Part shown: positions 1 through 11,666 of the stretch, piece after piece
How positions within the stretch are numbered: position 1 is the stretch's first letter
Layout: each line of letters starts with the position of its first letter
DNA from: a virus
Taxonomy: Duplodnaviria; Caudoviricetes
Reading direction: 5' to 3' (one strand)
DNA length: 64,000 nucleotides
Virus record (IMG/VR): IMGVR_UViG_3300042997_000909
Span: 1-64,000 of that record
Notes under the pieces: generated by a model
Seen by the model: only the letters and a program-made list of their open reading frames with translations
Databases searched by the model: none
Told to the model about the DNA's origin: nothing
Position numbers and translations under genes: made by a program

Positions 1-3000
1 CTTGCAAAGCAATCATTGATTACTCCACAAGATTTGACTCAGACTTTGTCATTGTTAAAAAACTATGTTGCTACTCATAAGTTTGCAAGCATAGATGATA
101 AGACTGACTCAATTAACCAAATACGTGGTGCATTAAAAGATGTGATTTTAAATCTTTCAAAAGTTGATGAATCTTATAGACAAGTTTTATTCAATCAGAT
201 AGATGCGTTTGTTGATACACTTCAACCAAAGTCAGATTATATTCCAATAAACTCTATTGCAGATGATGCAAATCTTTCAAATGTTCTTGTAACATTTGCT
301 GATAATAGAATGGTTGAGGCTTTAGATATTGAAGGTGTTTTGTTTGAGATAGCAGAAGATGGTTCTGTTAATGAAATAGATATGACGCAGGTTGTAAATC
401 AAAAGGCAGCACGTCCTGCAGATTGGTCTGATGCGAATGATGGTAAGCAAGTATTCAAAGAAGATTTTCTCATGTCTGGATTAACAGTAAATGCTGTTGA
501 CCCAGGTGAGCAAGAAACTGTAATGGGTGAGTTAAATAAAATGGCATCACCATCTTCAGGTATAAAAATTACTGCTGTTAAGTTAAGTGAGATTGGTGAC
601 ATGCGTGTAACACGTATGAAAGAATTAGCAAATACTGATACAGAAAAAGCTGGTCTTATTAACAGAGAGCATGAGACTTTTGAGAATTCAACTCAGGTTG
701 CATATCTTGAGTCTACACCAAATGGTAAAGTGCTTACAGTGTCACGTCCAAAAGCAAGTGAGCAAGACTTTGCACTTGTAGGTGAGATCCTAGCAACAGG
801 TCAAAAGTTTCACATTTATTCAATGGACAACTTTGTATTTGTTTCTAGTGACAACACAACAGAAAAACTGGATGTTACAAATCCTGGGCACTTAGCATTA
901 TTAAAAGCAATGTCTTTGAAAAAAGTGGGAACTGTTACTGAGGATATGCAAGATTCAGATATTGCGTCTATTGTTGCTTCTCAAAAACTTTATGAGAACT
1001 TTAAAGAAAAGATTGCGTACAAAGTACAAACAGCATTTGCATCTGGAACATCAGTAGAAGTAACTGATGACTTTTTACAGATGTATGATTTTACAAATTC
1101 AAGGTCAACTGCTCCTGTAAAAACATCATTAAAAGAACTTGTAAATAAAAATCCTCAGTTTAGTAAAACAGTAACTGTTGTTACGCGAGATGCTAATGGT
1201 GAGGTATTGACAGAAGAGGAACGCAAACTTCCATTTTACTATACAAAGGAAATGGATTACAAACTAAAGTATGTTGTATACAAGCAGGTTAAGTTTCTTG
1301 CAGGTAATGAGTCTATAAAAATAACAACTCCTGATGGTAAGGTTGTATATATTACAGAATTTCAATACGCAAATGAGGTTTTAAATTTAGAGGGACAGTT
1401 GAATGATTTGTTCAAAGCTGAAAATGAAAGACTTGTTGACCTTGTAAATAGAAACCAATCACTATACAGAGTTGCTAAGACAACACAATTTGTTGTAAAG
1501 TTTCCAAGCGATGGTTCAATTTCATATGCACTTGTTGATAGAGTTCCACAATTAGAGAATCCAGAATTCTTTGCCAAGTTTATTACAGTTGTTTCAGATG
1601 TTATTAATCCACAAAAAGGTACAGTAAAAGCAAACACTGTTAAAGCAATGAACTTTAATACATATGAGTTCAAGCCTCAATCAATGAAGGGTGGTAAAGG
1701 CTTTGCATTGTCAATAGGGTTTGCTGTTTCACAACCATTACCAGTTCAAGGTAGTAACATCAAAGAAACAAGATTACAAATTGAAATACGTCCTTACAGT
1801 AGAGGAACAGGAAGAGAAAAGTATGTTCCAATTATTGGAACAACTACAAAAGAAAAAAGTAGGTACAATATTATATTACCAGAAGCTGAAATAAATAAAC
1901 TTGCAAAAGCCCTTAAGTCAGGAGCAACTGTAGAGCGTGTTAAAGCTGAAGTACCTTCTTTGGCAAATCTTGATTTGAATAAAGCTGATGAGTTATTACA
2001 ATTTTATTCAACAGTATTTGACTTGGTAAAACTTCCATCAACACCAGACAGTGTAAAATCATTGGCTATGGCTGTTGAACAAGCACAAACAGACTTTACA
2101 CAGCTTGTAATGAATACTGTGACAAAGCGATTTAAAGACAATCCAATTGATCCAGATACAAACAAAGGTGTGTATGATGATTTTCTTGCAGCAATAAAAG
2201 AAGACTTTGGTGATAATTTTGAAGTTGACAATCTATTTGCATACGAAAATGCTGAAGGTAAAGAAATTCTAAACATTCAATCTCCTGATAGTGCAGGTGA
2301 CATATACCAAGCACGTTCTACGTATAATAGGTCAATGAAAAACATTGTTATATTAGAGTCTTCAGGAAGAAGGTCTTTTAAACTTGTATCTAAAGCTGCA
2401 GTCAATCTTGCCAATAATGACGCAAGTTCTGAAAACTTAGATCACACTCAAGCTGAAAAGGATATAATCCAGGATGTAGCAGATAAAGAAAATGCTTCTG
2501 TAAAAGTTACTCCAGAAAATCCAACTGGTGGTCCAATACCATTAAGTAATACTGGACAAGAGGATGTAACAAAAGATACTGATGAAGATAAAGAGGATGA
2601 AGATGATGACGTTTTAGACATTCCTCCATTTTCTATTGTGGTTGATACAGATTTTGAAGTAGCAACTCAACAAGACATTGCATCTGAAGCAGAATGGTTA
2701 GCAGAAAACTTACCACAATTTGGACTTGATACATCATCACTTGGTGATATTATCAACCTTGCGCGTATAGATGGTACTGTGCTTGGTATGTTTAAAGACA
2801 AGATAATTTATCTTAATGAGGCAGTTACTGGAAAAGGCACTGTGTTTCATGAGGCATTCCACGGTGTATTTAGATATCTTCTTTCTGAGAATGAGCGTAA
2901 GGCATTAATCACACAGGTGATGGATGATCCTAAACATTCAAGCAAATTTTCAGCTCAGGCAGTTAAAGACTTTGCAAGAATTAGAAATCTTTCTGTTACA

Positions 3001-6000
3001 AATTATGATACACTTGTAGAGTTGATAGCTGAAGAAGTACTTGCTGATGGGTTCCAGACTTATATGCAAAAAGCAAGAACGTCTGCACCAAAAACAGCAA
3101 TGCAAAGATTCTTTGAAACACTTAAAAGAATTATTAACTTCTTTATCAAAAACAGAAATCAGATTGACTATGTATATGATCGCGTTAAACGTGGTCACTA
3201 CAAAACAGCATCCATAAAATCTAATGTTTTTGATGGACAAGTTGCATTTGAATTAATACCAGGATTGAATCAGTACTATCTAAATGAAGAAGGTAATGTT
3301 GCTAGAGCTAAATCAGTATTGTCAGTTGGTGAACAAGACCAACTTATCAATATGATTGTTGGTGTAATGTTCCAAGATAAAGTTCAATCAGATACATTTG
3401 AAACTAGATTCCAACGTGCTGCAGACAAAATACTTACTGAAGTATTCAGTATGGAAAAACTTGTTGCTCAAAATCCTGAGAAACGCGAACTAATAGAAAA
3501 GAAGTATAGCAAGTTAATTTCTACATACAGGTTTATGCTTGGTGCTAGAATGAAAGGGTTAAATGTAAATGACATTAACCTTACTGGTAATACTAAGTAT
3601 GACAGTAAAACAGATGTAAACAAGGAAGCTCTTATAAATGGTGAGTCTATAGATAATACTATGGGTCAATATTCATTTGAGGTTTTGCGTAGACTTGCTA
3701 AAGACAAATATGATAAAGCAAACTCAATAAAAATTCAACGTGACAATGATGAGTTTACATTAGACTCAGAAGAAATAGAAAATACATTTACTGGTGAAAA
3801 TGCAAATGAAGCACAAGATGATGATGCACAATCTTTAAAAGAAGAAACAGAAAATAATGACTTTGATGCAGGAATGGGTGAACAAAATCGCATGGACTCA
3901 TATGTATCACAAATCAGAAGATTCTTTTCTACACTGAGAAGTGATGAATTTGATGAGGAAACTGGTATCAATTTTCCACGTATGATTGATGGTCAAGTTC
4001 TTTTTCCAACATTATTGAAAATTACTGCAGGTATTGATCCAAGAAACATCATTGACACTATTGGTGTAATGGCTAAGCAAATGACAAAAGATGGTTATAC
4101 TGCTGTTGGAAAAGACTTAGAAACAATCTATGATGAAATTCAGACAAGAACAAAATCAAATACTGAAGGTGTTGCACAATCTAATAAACAATTGCGTGAG
4201 CTACTAACTGAAGTACTGCATGGTGTTGAACTTAACTATGTAATGTTCAATGTCGCATCACCTAAGAAAGTTTCAATGGATGAAATGTCATCTGGTGAAG
4301 CATTGACAAAAAATGAGTCAGTCAACTTTAGAATGTTTGATAAAGTAATGGATGCTGATAATACAAAAAAACGTAATGACATCATTGCAAGTTTTATCAA
4401 AAAGCATTCTACTGAAGCATCTACTTCAGAATTTATTGAAGCAGTAAAATACTTAAAAGAATTTGCTACAAGTTTTATGAGTACTCCTGATATACTTTCT
4501 AGTGTAACAGGACAAACAATGAAGTTAGAACAACTTACCAATCAGTTGCATGATGCATTGACCACTATTGGAATGACAATACCAAGATCTTTGGTAGAAC
4601 TTTCTATAATGGCAATGAATGTTGAAGAGAATGGTGTGGCACTAGATATAGATCCACAACTTAAAAAGTTTTATGATGTAAATGAAGGGTTTGTAAAACA
4701 ACAACAATACCTTGAAAAAGACTTTTTTAAAAGTTTAAAAGTGGTGCTTGATTCAGCGTATTTAGAAAATGGTAAGCCAAACTCAGGAATAAGAAACATA
4801 CTTGATGATGAGAAATCAAAAAATAAGGATGCAAAACGTATGCTTGTAATTTTGAAAAAAGCAGCAGCATATGTTGTCAAGTATGATCCAACAGATATAC
4901 CTAGTGTGATCAAAAACGCTGAAGGTAAATCAATATATCGCTTTGCAAAATACAATCCACTTATTCTTCTTGGACAACGTCTAAACACAATGACACTTGA
5001 AGAAGCATTGGCAGATGATCCTTATTTTAAAAACACACTTCAAGCATTCTTAGAAAACAACGTATTGTTTGGTGGTTTACTTTCTGGTGAGACAAATGAA
5101 GATACAGTAAAAATAGAATTGTTTTTGAAAAACTTTACTGTGGCAATGTTTGGTGGAGTTCAACAACGTATTGGTGATGTTGCTAAAAAAGGACAGACGT
5201 TTAAATCTATAGATAAAAGGTCACTGCACATGTTGCAAGTTCTTGCATTCATGGATAGAAAAACTGTTAGTGATAAATTTGGTAGAGAAATAACAACCTA
5301 CTTCAGATCATTTCATCAGTTGGAAGCAACGTCTACAAACTTCTTGATTTCATCTTTATATGAACCTTTTACATCTAGAGATAAAAAAGTTACCAATGAC
5401 AGAGGTCAATTACTTTATCAAGGTAAACACTTAAAGATTGTTGAAGACCTTGTTGGTATTGTAAGTCAAGAATATAACAGGATGTCACGCGAATGGAATC
5501 GCAGACTTGACTTAAAACGTGATTATGAAAGTGGTAAAAGCAATGAGCTTGTAAATAAGTACAATGCAGTACTTGAAGACGATGGCGTTACAATAAACGT
5601 TGATGATGAAAGTTTGCGTGCATACAAGTTTAATATTCTAAGTGACTTCTTTGAAGCAGATGAAAATGCATCATTAAATCAAGACCTTATTGAACTTGCA
5701 AAAAATCAAGTACCATTTGACAAGATTGATTCAAAAGAACTTCTTACTGCATTAGATGAATATGCAAAGAAAGAATTTGGAGCATACCTTGAAGAACTTG
5801 AAAATCTTGGTTTAATTTCTAAAACACCAATATTACCTTCTGATCAAAAAGTTGAGGTAAGACCAGCTGTAGCAGCACGTTTACCAAAAGAATACTATAC
5901 TTCTGATATGCTTCCAAAATCTATAAAAGAAGGTTTTGCAAAAGCAAACATATCAGATAAGTATTCTCAACCATATGGTACAAAAGAAGATGGTTCTCTT

Positions 6001-9000
6001 GACCCAATAGAAAATTTACTATTTGACATGTTCATGAGTAACTGGAGAAATGGTCTTCATGTTAATCAACTTATGGATGGTGATATGGCGTTAAATGTTA
6101 AAAACGCTCAGGATTATGTAAAACGTCTTAAGAAAATTGTTGCAACTGGTTCCAATATGAAAAATGGTACGCACAAAGTTGCTTACATGAATACTATTGT
6201 AGCATTTGCACATGAAGATATGCCTCAGTATGGTCCATACTATACTAGAGAAGAAATACTTGGTGACTTTACTATTCCTAGCGAAGAGGTTCGTGATGAA
6301 CTTCTTGAGGGTTATGACAAAGCAATTGCTGGTGCAAAAGAAAGTATCAATGGTCGTACAGTAAAATGGGCAGACATGATGCGTGAAGTTTTTGATGGTC
6401 AAAGTATTTCATCACTTATGCACCAAATGGACATGCATGAAACATTGGGGAGACTTGATGAACGTGCAACATACATCATGATTGCAAAACATTATAGAGC
6501 ATTGACTGAAGATGAAACAAGATATCTTGAATCATTTAAGATTGTAAACAACGCTAAGAAGACAATTACAGCTGACAGAAATATTTATCACAAATTGTCT
6601 GAAGGTTATATTGATAGAACAGATGTTAGCACATTAAACGTTAAACCTGTTGAAGGTGAGTCTATGGCAGATGCAATTGCAAGAATATATGATGAATTGC
6701 ATGGAATGTATATGTCTGCTTATGACTTACGTAAAGATCGTGAGATTGCAGCGACAATTGCAGATTCAGTGAATGAAGTTGCTAGAATTAATAAAGAGTT
6801 GGAAGACATCTATAGAAATATCCATGCATATTATGCACCATTACCACATCGTGAAATATTGCATAACATTCTGAACTCAATGGAACTTTTCCAGATAGAT
6901 CAGGTGATGGATACAACTGCATCTAAAAATGCAACATTGTTACCACTTGATGTTATGCGTTCTGATAAAACTGATGATGGGTATATCAATCTTAGAATGG
7001 CTGCACTGGATGTTCCAAACAGTGCAAAATACTTACAGGTAGAAACAAGTGGTGTAAAAGAAAAAGCAAAGCACTCTGTACAAGCTAAACTTTTGTTACC
7101 AGCAAATATCGCTGATGAACAATTTAGAGAAGTAATAGAAATTGAAGCACAAAAAGCTGGTAATATTTTAACTGAAGGTGATATTCTGGCAATGGAAAAC
7201 ATAAAGTATTCGTTAAACAATTTTCAGTTATCATTACGCCAGGCTACTAAAGCAAGACTGTTATACTTTACAGAAGTTCTGAGAAAAGGTGATGACTTCC
7301 AGTTAGGAAAAATCTTTACAATGATTCGCGAGAGTCTTGAATTACAAAATGCTCCAAAAAATATCCTAGACATGTTTGCTGTTAAAGCTGATGGTAAACC
7401 AGTTTTCAGTCCAAACTTGAGTCTTATAAGAAGCACACTTGAATACTACATGCTTGCTCAGTATAGTAAGAACGTAACAGACGAGAAGGTTTCAGGATTT
7501 AAGAACTTCCATGAAAGTGGTTTTGGGTATAACGTCTTAGTTGATCCTGTCACAAATCAGGTTATAACAACAGAGGAGTATGCTACTAATCCAAAAGCAT
7601 TTGAGGGTAGAAATCTACGCTCAAGACCACTAACAGTCAGTGTTGAAACTCAAGCAGATGGAAGTAAACTTTATTTTGTAGAAGCTATTATACCAAAACC
7701 ATTCTTTGAGAATGAGCAGCAAGAAAGATTCTTTAAAGAAAATCTTACCAAGATGTTTGGTGTACGTATTCCTACTGAAGACAAACGTTCAATGATTGCT
7801 ATTAAAGTGGTTGACTATGTTGATTCATCAAAACTTAACAACATTATTGTACCACAATTTGTACACATGCTGTCTGGTTCTGACTTTGACATTGACTCAT
7901 TGTTTGGTAGAATGATGTCATACTACAAAAATGGTAAAGGAAACTATTCCCTATATGGGAACTATGATCAATACAAGGATCCAAGAGTTGGTGAATTTAT
8001 TGAGTTCATGCACTACATGTCTAAGCATGAAGACATTGGACCTTTAATCAAGCAGCGTAAGAAAGAACTTGTTGAACAAGGTACAATAGAAATGACATCT
8101 AATGGGCCATTGTTTGAGGTTATTGACAGTCTTGGATATACACTTGAAGAATTAGGAGAACACTTTGACCAGAAAGTTGTAAAATCAAAATACGCTGAGC
8201 AAAAAGACTTTACAAGTTATATGTTTGAATTGACCAAGGAGTCAAAACAAATGTATGTTACTGCAAAAGAAATAGCTGAACAAAATCCAGAAAATAGAGA
8301 ACTTGCCAAAACAAGAAATGTTTATGGTAAAGAACTTGCTGATTTAAAAGCAGTTAGAAAGACTTCTGTAGACGATCAAAGATTGCTAAAAGCAAAGATG
8401 AACTACATTGATACATTGTTTGAGTATCAAGCAATTATGGATGTGTTGTCTAAGTTTGACATGCCAAGCAACATGGGAGAGTTTAGTGCAAGACCAGCGT
8501 TCTCACAAATGGTTTCACCAAAATATCAAAATGCAAACTTGACTGCAAGCTTGCAAATACTTGGAAATGAAGCTGTGTTTAAATATCTATATATTAACCA
8601 ACGTTCTTCAACACAAGAATTCAAAGACATCTTAGATAAATTTGGTATTGACTTAAAGGCAATTACAAAGAAATCAAACTTGTTTACTCCTACTAGTATG
8701 ATAGATTCAAAGGTAGAAAACAATATGAACAAAGATGGTATTGGACGTACTGCTGTAATGAACAAGTTTCTATCTCTTGCAAGTCAATACAACCTTAAGC
8801 TTTCTGACAAAGGCATGGTATGGATGTATCAAAACATGAATAAGGATATTATTCTGAAAGATACATTTGGCCAGTTGAATGACAAAGACCAAAGAGTTAT
8901 ATCTATCATAGGTAACATTTTAGGTATGTTTGCTGATGGTGCTAAAGATCCAATTCCAGCAGCTCTTCAAATGAATGAAATAAACGCAAGTACCACACTT

Positions 9001-11664
9001 GCAATGATTGGTGTTGGACTTGATCCAGAGTTTGCAGTAGCATTTAACTTCTTACCTGAAGTACGTAAGGCTGCACTTGCAGTTCAGCAATCACAATTTG
9101 CATTGTCTGAAGACTTAGACCAAGATTATTTATTCTATAACCAGGCGATTAGCAACCAGCTTTCTGAATTGATTGAAAACAATGAAGACTCTTTCAATAG
9201 GTTAAAAGCAGCAGGATTCTTTACTGAGAAATCATTTAAAGATTATGTTGTAATGGATAATCCACTAGCAGTTAGAATTGGATTTGAACCAAAGAAACTT
9301 AGTTTGTATGCGTTGAAAAACAATCAGTTAGTACCTTCAGCTATTGGGTTTGATATGGTATATAACTCTAGTGAGGAAATGCTTACTGAAGAAGAAATGA
9401 CAATGGTATTGCTTACATACTATGGAAAACAAGCACAGCAAACATGGGCTATTAATAGAGCTGCAAGTATCACAAATCTTTTCAAAAGATTAAATCCTAG
9501 TCTTGTTGCTTTTGACAAAATGCGTGATAACATTGTTGAGTTAAAAGAAGATGAGAAGTTGTTTACAAAAGAGTCAGCAGCTGATTTGTTTAATGATGAG
9601 CAAGTATGGTCTGTCTTAGAAGAAGCACTTAATGATGCAAACGAGCAATTTTCAAAAATATTCTTGGAAAGAACTCCATTCTTTAAACCAATAACAGGAG
9701 CGTTTAAGGGTTACTTTGAAGATCCAAAAACTATTGCTAATACACTTACAAGTTTCTTAGCATTGAATAAATTCAAAATGACATTCCCTGGTTCTAGAAA
9801 ACTTGATAATCCAAAACAACAAGCAATCATAGACAATGATGATGAAATGATTTTGAAAACATTCTCACCTGACTACTGGTTCACAAATGATTTGTTTGCT
9901 CAAGTAGAGAAGTTTAGAGAAAAGTATCCTAACAATGAATTTTTAAAACTGTTACGTTCAGCAGACTCTAAGAATACTGCTACTGTTATTTACAATGGTA
10001 AAACATATCAAGGCATTACAGAACGATTCATTACAATGATTAGCAAAGCAAAAGTTAAAGGTGAATACGCAAGTAAAATTGCTGATGATATTGCTTCCTT
10101 GTACAATAGTGGTATGGTAGAAGAAAGACAGTTTGTTAAAAATCTATTCTATCATGATTTAGTACGCACAGGTCTTCAGTATAAAGAAGGTTCATTCATG
10201 GCGTACATGCCAGCTGAACTTAAGATTCCTGTTTCAAATTACATAGATGATTTCATAACAGGTATTCAATCTACAATAGGTAGTAAGAATTTTGAAAATG
10301 ATTTTCAGAACTTCATTAAAAACTACACTGGTGAATCTACAGATCAGGGTGTTATAACTTTCTTTGATGAGATGTTTAATCAGTTGGCATACGCAGCGTC
10401 ATCTGAAAACAACAATCAGAAAATACCAAAATTCAAAGATAAAAATAACGCTAGAGGTGTAATGTTTACCATCAATTCAAAAAGTCCACAGTTTTCAAAA
10501 CCAATTGTGAAAGCGTTTTTGGATCCAAGTAAACCAGCAGATAAAGAAACATTACCTATTGCAAAAGTACAATCAATGCAATATGTGCTTGATGCTTTAA
10601 ACTTACAGGTTCCTGAAGGTACTGACTTAACAAAATTAGATAGAATTAATATTTCTGACAGTTTTGGTGATGAGGTTACAATCAACTTGTCAAATGAAAA
10701 TCAAAAAGCAAATACAATCTTAGGTAAGATGTTTGGAATTAAACGTGATGTAAGTGAACCTGATTCTACTGAGTTTATATTTCCAAGTATCTTACGTGTT
10801 GGTACAAAAACTTATGTGCTACAAGGTACAGATGGAAATGCTGCATCAGGAAAATCAATTGGCTCAAACCTTTATGATTCAATTCTTGGTAAAACAGCAA
10901 TGACAATTGTGGGAACATTTGCTAAGTACAAAGCAATACCAGCACAATATGCATCTGAGGCATTAAGTCCAATAGCATTTACATCAAAAGATGCAGATGC
11001 TTACAAACGATTTATTGACAAGCAAGAAGCAATTGTGTTTAACACAACAGTTGTGGATACATCAAAAGAGAATTCACCTAAAGCTGATACACCTGTTGAG
11101 CTTGAAAACACAATCATAACTGGTGATGATATCAGCGCAGATGAGTTGGCAAAACAAGCACCAAAAGATACAGTAGAAGGAATATCTTCTGAGTCAGGTG
11201 CGTCAATGTCACAACTTCAATTTGGTGATGACTTGCTTGCACAGATTTTAGCAAATGTAAAAGGTGAGCAGAAAGGTGATGCAGCTGAAAAAGAAGTCCC
11301 TAAATTACAAAGAGGTAGATATGTTTCATACAATGGCAACACATACATTGTTACTCAGCAAAATGATAATGGTACATGGCAAATATATAACCCATTGCTA
11401 GAAGGAACTGATGCTAAAATCTCAGTTGCAGAAGCTAATATGAAGCCATTAAATATGATTGCAAAAATTGTTGAGTACAAAGATTCTGAGTATATTGTGA
11501 CTTCTAAAAATACTATCATATCTTTGAAGTCTAATAAGATGATGAAGTGGGCTGAGAATGATGGTAATAGAAAAGCAATTCTTGGACTTGCTTCTCAGAA
11601 CAGCACTATCATCAAGCCAAACAATAGACCAAGCATAGATCCAACAGACGAAAATAATTGTTAG
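1..11664 (+). CDS. Giant virion-packaged RNA polymerase polyprotein (crAss-like two-barrel vRNAP) with an upstream zincin-like metallopeptidase motif; 5'-truncated
   Basis: Frame is open from base 1, so the TTG at 16 is probably not the true start. RIP motif at 7765-7773 and GSDFDIDSL catalytic motif (DFDID at 7882-7896) as in crAss-like vRNAPs. HEAFH at 2848-2862 with downstream EEVLAD. Ends in TAG. Confidence 0.92.
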   Translation, partial: LAKQSLITPQDLTQTLSLLKNYVATHKFASIDDKTDSINQIRGALKDVILNLSKVDESYRQVLFNQIDAFVDTLQPKSDYIPINSIADDANLSNVLVTFADNRMVEALDIEGVLFEIAEDGSVNEIDMTQVVNQKAARPADWSDANDGKQVFKEDFLMSGLTVNAVDPGEQETVMGELNKMASPSSGIKITAVKLSEIGDMRVTRMKELANTDTEKAGLINREHETFENSTQVAYLESTPNGKVLTVSRPKASEQDFALVGEILATGQKFHIYSMDNFVFVSSDNTTEKLDVTNPGHLALLKAMSLKKVGTVTEDMQDSDIASIVASQKLYENFKEKIAYKVQTAFASGTSVEVTDDFLQMYDFTNSRSTAPVKTSLKELVNKNPQFSKTVTVVTRDANGEVLTEEERKLPFYYTKEMDYKLKYVVYKQVKFLAGNESIKITTPDGKVVYITEFQYANEVLNLEGQLNDLFKAENERLVDLVNRNQSLYRVAKTTQFVVKFPSDGSISYALVDRVPQLENPEFFAKFITVVSDVINPQKGTVKANTVKAMNFNTYEFKPQSMKGGKGFALSIGFAVSQPLPVQGSNIKETRLQIEIRPYSRGTGREKYVPIIGTTTKEKSRYNIILPEAEINKLAKALKSGATVERVKAEVPSLANLDLNKADELLQFYSTVFDLVKLPSTPDSVKSLAMAVEQAQTDFTQLVMNTVTKRFKDNPIDPDTNKGVYDDFLAAIKEDFGDNFEVDNLFAYENAEGKEILNIQSPDSAGDIYQARSTYNRSMKNIVILESSGRRSFKLVSKAAVNLANNDASSENLDHTQAEKDIIQDVADKENASVKVTPENPTGGPIPLSNTGQEDVTKDTDEDKEDEDDDVLDIPPFSIVVDTDFEVATQQDIASEAEWLAENLPQFGLDTSSLGDIINLARIDGTVLGMFKDKIIYLNEAVTGKGTVFHEAFHGVFRYLLSENERKALITQVMDDPKHSSKFSAQAVKDFARIRNLSVTNYDTLVELIAEEVLADGFQTYMQKARTSAPKTAMQRFFETLKRIINFFIKNRNQIDYVYDRVKRGHYKTASIKSNVFDGQVAFELIPGLNQYYLNEEGNVARAKSVLSVGEQDQLINMIVGVMFQDKVQSDTFETRFQRAADKILTEVFSMEKLVAQNPEKRELIEKKYSKLISTYRFMLGARMKGLNVNDINLTGNTKYDSKTDVNKEALINGESIDNTMGQYSFEVLRRLAKDKYDKANSIKIQRDNDEFTLDSEEIENTFTGENANEAQDDDAQSLKEETENNDFDAGMGEQNRMDSYVSQIRRFFSTLRSDEFDEETGINFPRMIDGQVLFPTLLKITAGIDPRNIIDTIGVMAKQMTKDGYTAVGKDLETIYDEIQTRTKSNTEGVAQSNKQLRELLTEVLHGVELNYVMFNVASPKKVSMDEMSSGEALTKNESVNFRMFDKVMDADNTKKRNDIIASFIKKHSTEASTSEFIEAVKYLKEFATSFMSTPDILSSVTGQTMKLEQLTNQLHDALTTIGMTIPRSLVELSIMAMNVEENGVALDIDPQLKKFYDVNEGFVKQQQYLEKDFFKSLKVVLDSAYLENGKPNSGIRNILDDEKSKNKDAKRMLVILKKAAAYVVKYDPTDIPSVIKNAEGKSIYRFAKYNPLILLGQRLNTMTLEEALADDPYFKNTLQAFLENNVLFGGLLSGETNEDTVKIELFLKNFTVAMFGGVQQRIGDVAKKGQTFKSIDKRSLHMLQVLAFMDRKTVSDKFGREITTYFRSFHQLEATSTNFLISSLYEPFTSRDKKVTNDRGQLLYQGKHLKIVEDLVGIVSQEYNRMSREWNRRLDLKRDYESGKSNELVNKYNAVLEDDGVTINVDDESLRAYKFNILSDFFEADENASLNQDLIELAKNQVPFDKIDSKELLTALDEYAKKEFGAYLEELENLGLISKTPILPSDQKVEVRPAVAARLPKEYYTSDMLPKSIKEGFAKANISDKYSQPYGTKEDGSLDPIENLLFDMFMSNWRNGLHVNQLMDGDMALNVKNAQDYVKRLKKIVATGSNMKNGTHKVAYMNTIVAFAHEDMPQYGPYYTREEILGDFTIPSEEVRDELLEGYDKAIAGAKESINGRTVKWADMMREVFDGQSISSLMHQMDMHETLGRLDERATYIMIAKHYRALTEDETRYLESFKIVNNAKKTITADRNIYHKLSEGYIDRTDVSTLNVKPVEGESMADAIARIYDELHGMYMSAYDLRKDREIAATIADSVNEVARINKELEDIYRNIHAYYAPLPHREILHNILNSMELFQIDQVMDTTASKNATLLPLDVMRSDKTDDGYINLRMAALDVPNSAKYLQVETSGVKEKAKHSVQAKLLLPANIADEQFREVIEIEAQKAGNILTEGDILAMENIKYSLNNFQLSLRQATKARLLYFTEVLRKGDDFQLGKIFTMIRESLELQNAPKNILDMFAVKADGKPVFSPNLSLIRSTLEYYMLAQYSKNVTDEKVSGFKNFHESGFGYNVLVDPVTNQVITTEEYATNPKAFEGRNLRSRPLTVSVETQADGSKLYFVEAIIPKPFFENEQQERFFKENLTKMFGVRIPTEDKRSMIAIKVVDYVDSSKLNNIIVPQFVHMLSGSDFDIDSLFGRMMSYYKNGKGNYSLYGNYDQYKDPRVGEFIEFMHYMSKHEDIGPLIKQRKKELVEQGTIEMTSNGPLFEVIDSLGYTLEELGEHFDQKVVKSKYAEQKDFTSYMFELTKESKQMYVTAKEIAEQNPENRELAKTRNVYGKELADLKAVRKTSVDDQRLLKAKMNYIDTLFEYQAIMDVLSKFDMPSNMGEFSARPAFSQMVSPKYQNANLTASLQILGNEAVFKYLYINQRSSTQEFKDILDKFGIDLKAITKKSNLFTPTSMIDSKVENNMNKDGIGRTAVMNKFLSLASQYNLKLSDKGMVWMYQNMNKDIILKDTFGQLNDKDQRVISIIGNILGMFADGAKDPIPAALQMNEINASTTLAMIGVGLDPEFAVAFNFLPEVRKAALAVQQSQFALSEDLDQDYLFYNQAISNQLSELIENNEDSFNRLKAAGFFTEKSFKDYVVMDNPLAVRIGFEPKKLSLYALKNNQLVPSAIGFDMVYNSSEEMLTEEEMTMVLLTYYGKQAQQTWAINRAASITNLFKRLNPSLVAFDKMRDNIVELKEDEKLFTKESAADLFNDEQVWSVLEEALNDANEQFSKIFLERTPFFKPITGAFKGYFEDPKTIANTLTSFLALNKFKMTFPGSRKLDNPKQQAIIDNDDEMILKTFSPDYWFTNDLFAQVEKFREKYPNNEFLKLLRSADSKNTATVIYNGKTYQGITERFITMISKAKVKGEYASKIADDIASLYNSGMVEERQFVKNLFYHDLVRTGLQYKEGSFMAYMPAELKIPVSNYIDDFITGIQSTIGSKNFENDFQNFIKNYTGESTDQGVITFFDEMFNQLAYAASSENNNQKIPKFKDKNNARGVMFTINSKSPQFSKPIVKAFLDPSKPADKETLPIAKVQSMQYVLDALNLQVPEGTDLTKLDRINISDSFGDEVTINLSNENQKANTILGKMFGIKRDVSEPDSTEFIFPSILRVGTKTYVLQGTDGNAASGKSIGSNLYDSILGKTAMTIVGTFAKYKAIPAQYASEALSPIAFTSKDADAYKRFIDKQEAIVFNTTVVDTSKENSPKADTPVELENTIITGDDISADELAKQAPKDTVEGISSESGASMSQLQFGDDLLAQILANVKGEQKGDAAEKEVPKLQRGRYVSYNGNTYIVTQQNDNGTWQIYNPLLEGTDAKISVAEANMKPLNMIAKIVEYKDSEYIVTSKNTIISLKSNKMMKWAENDGNRKAILGLASQNSTIIKPNNRPSIDPTDENNC

Positions 11665-11666
11665 TT

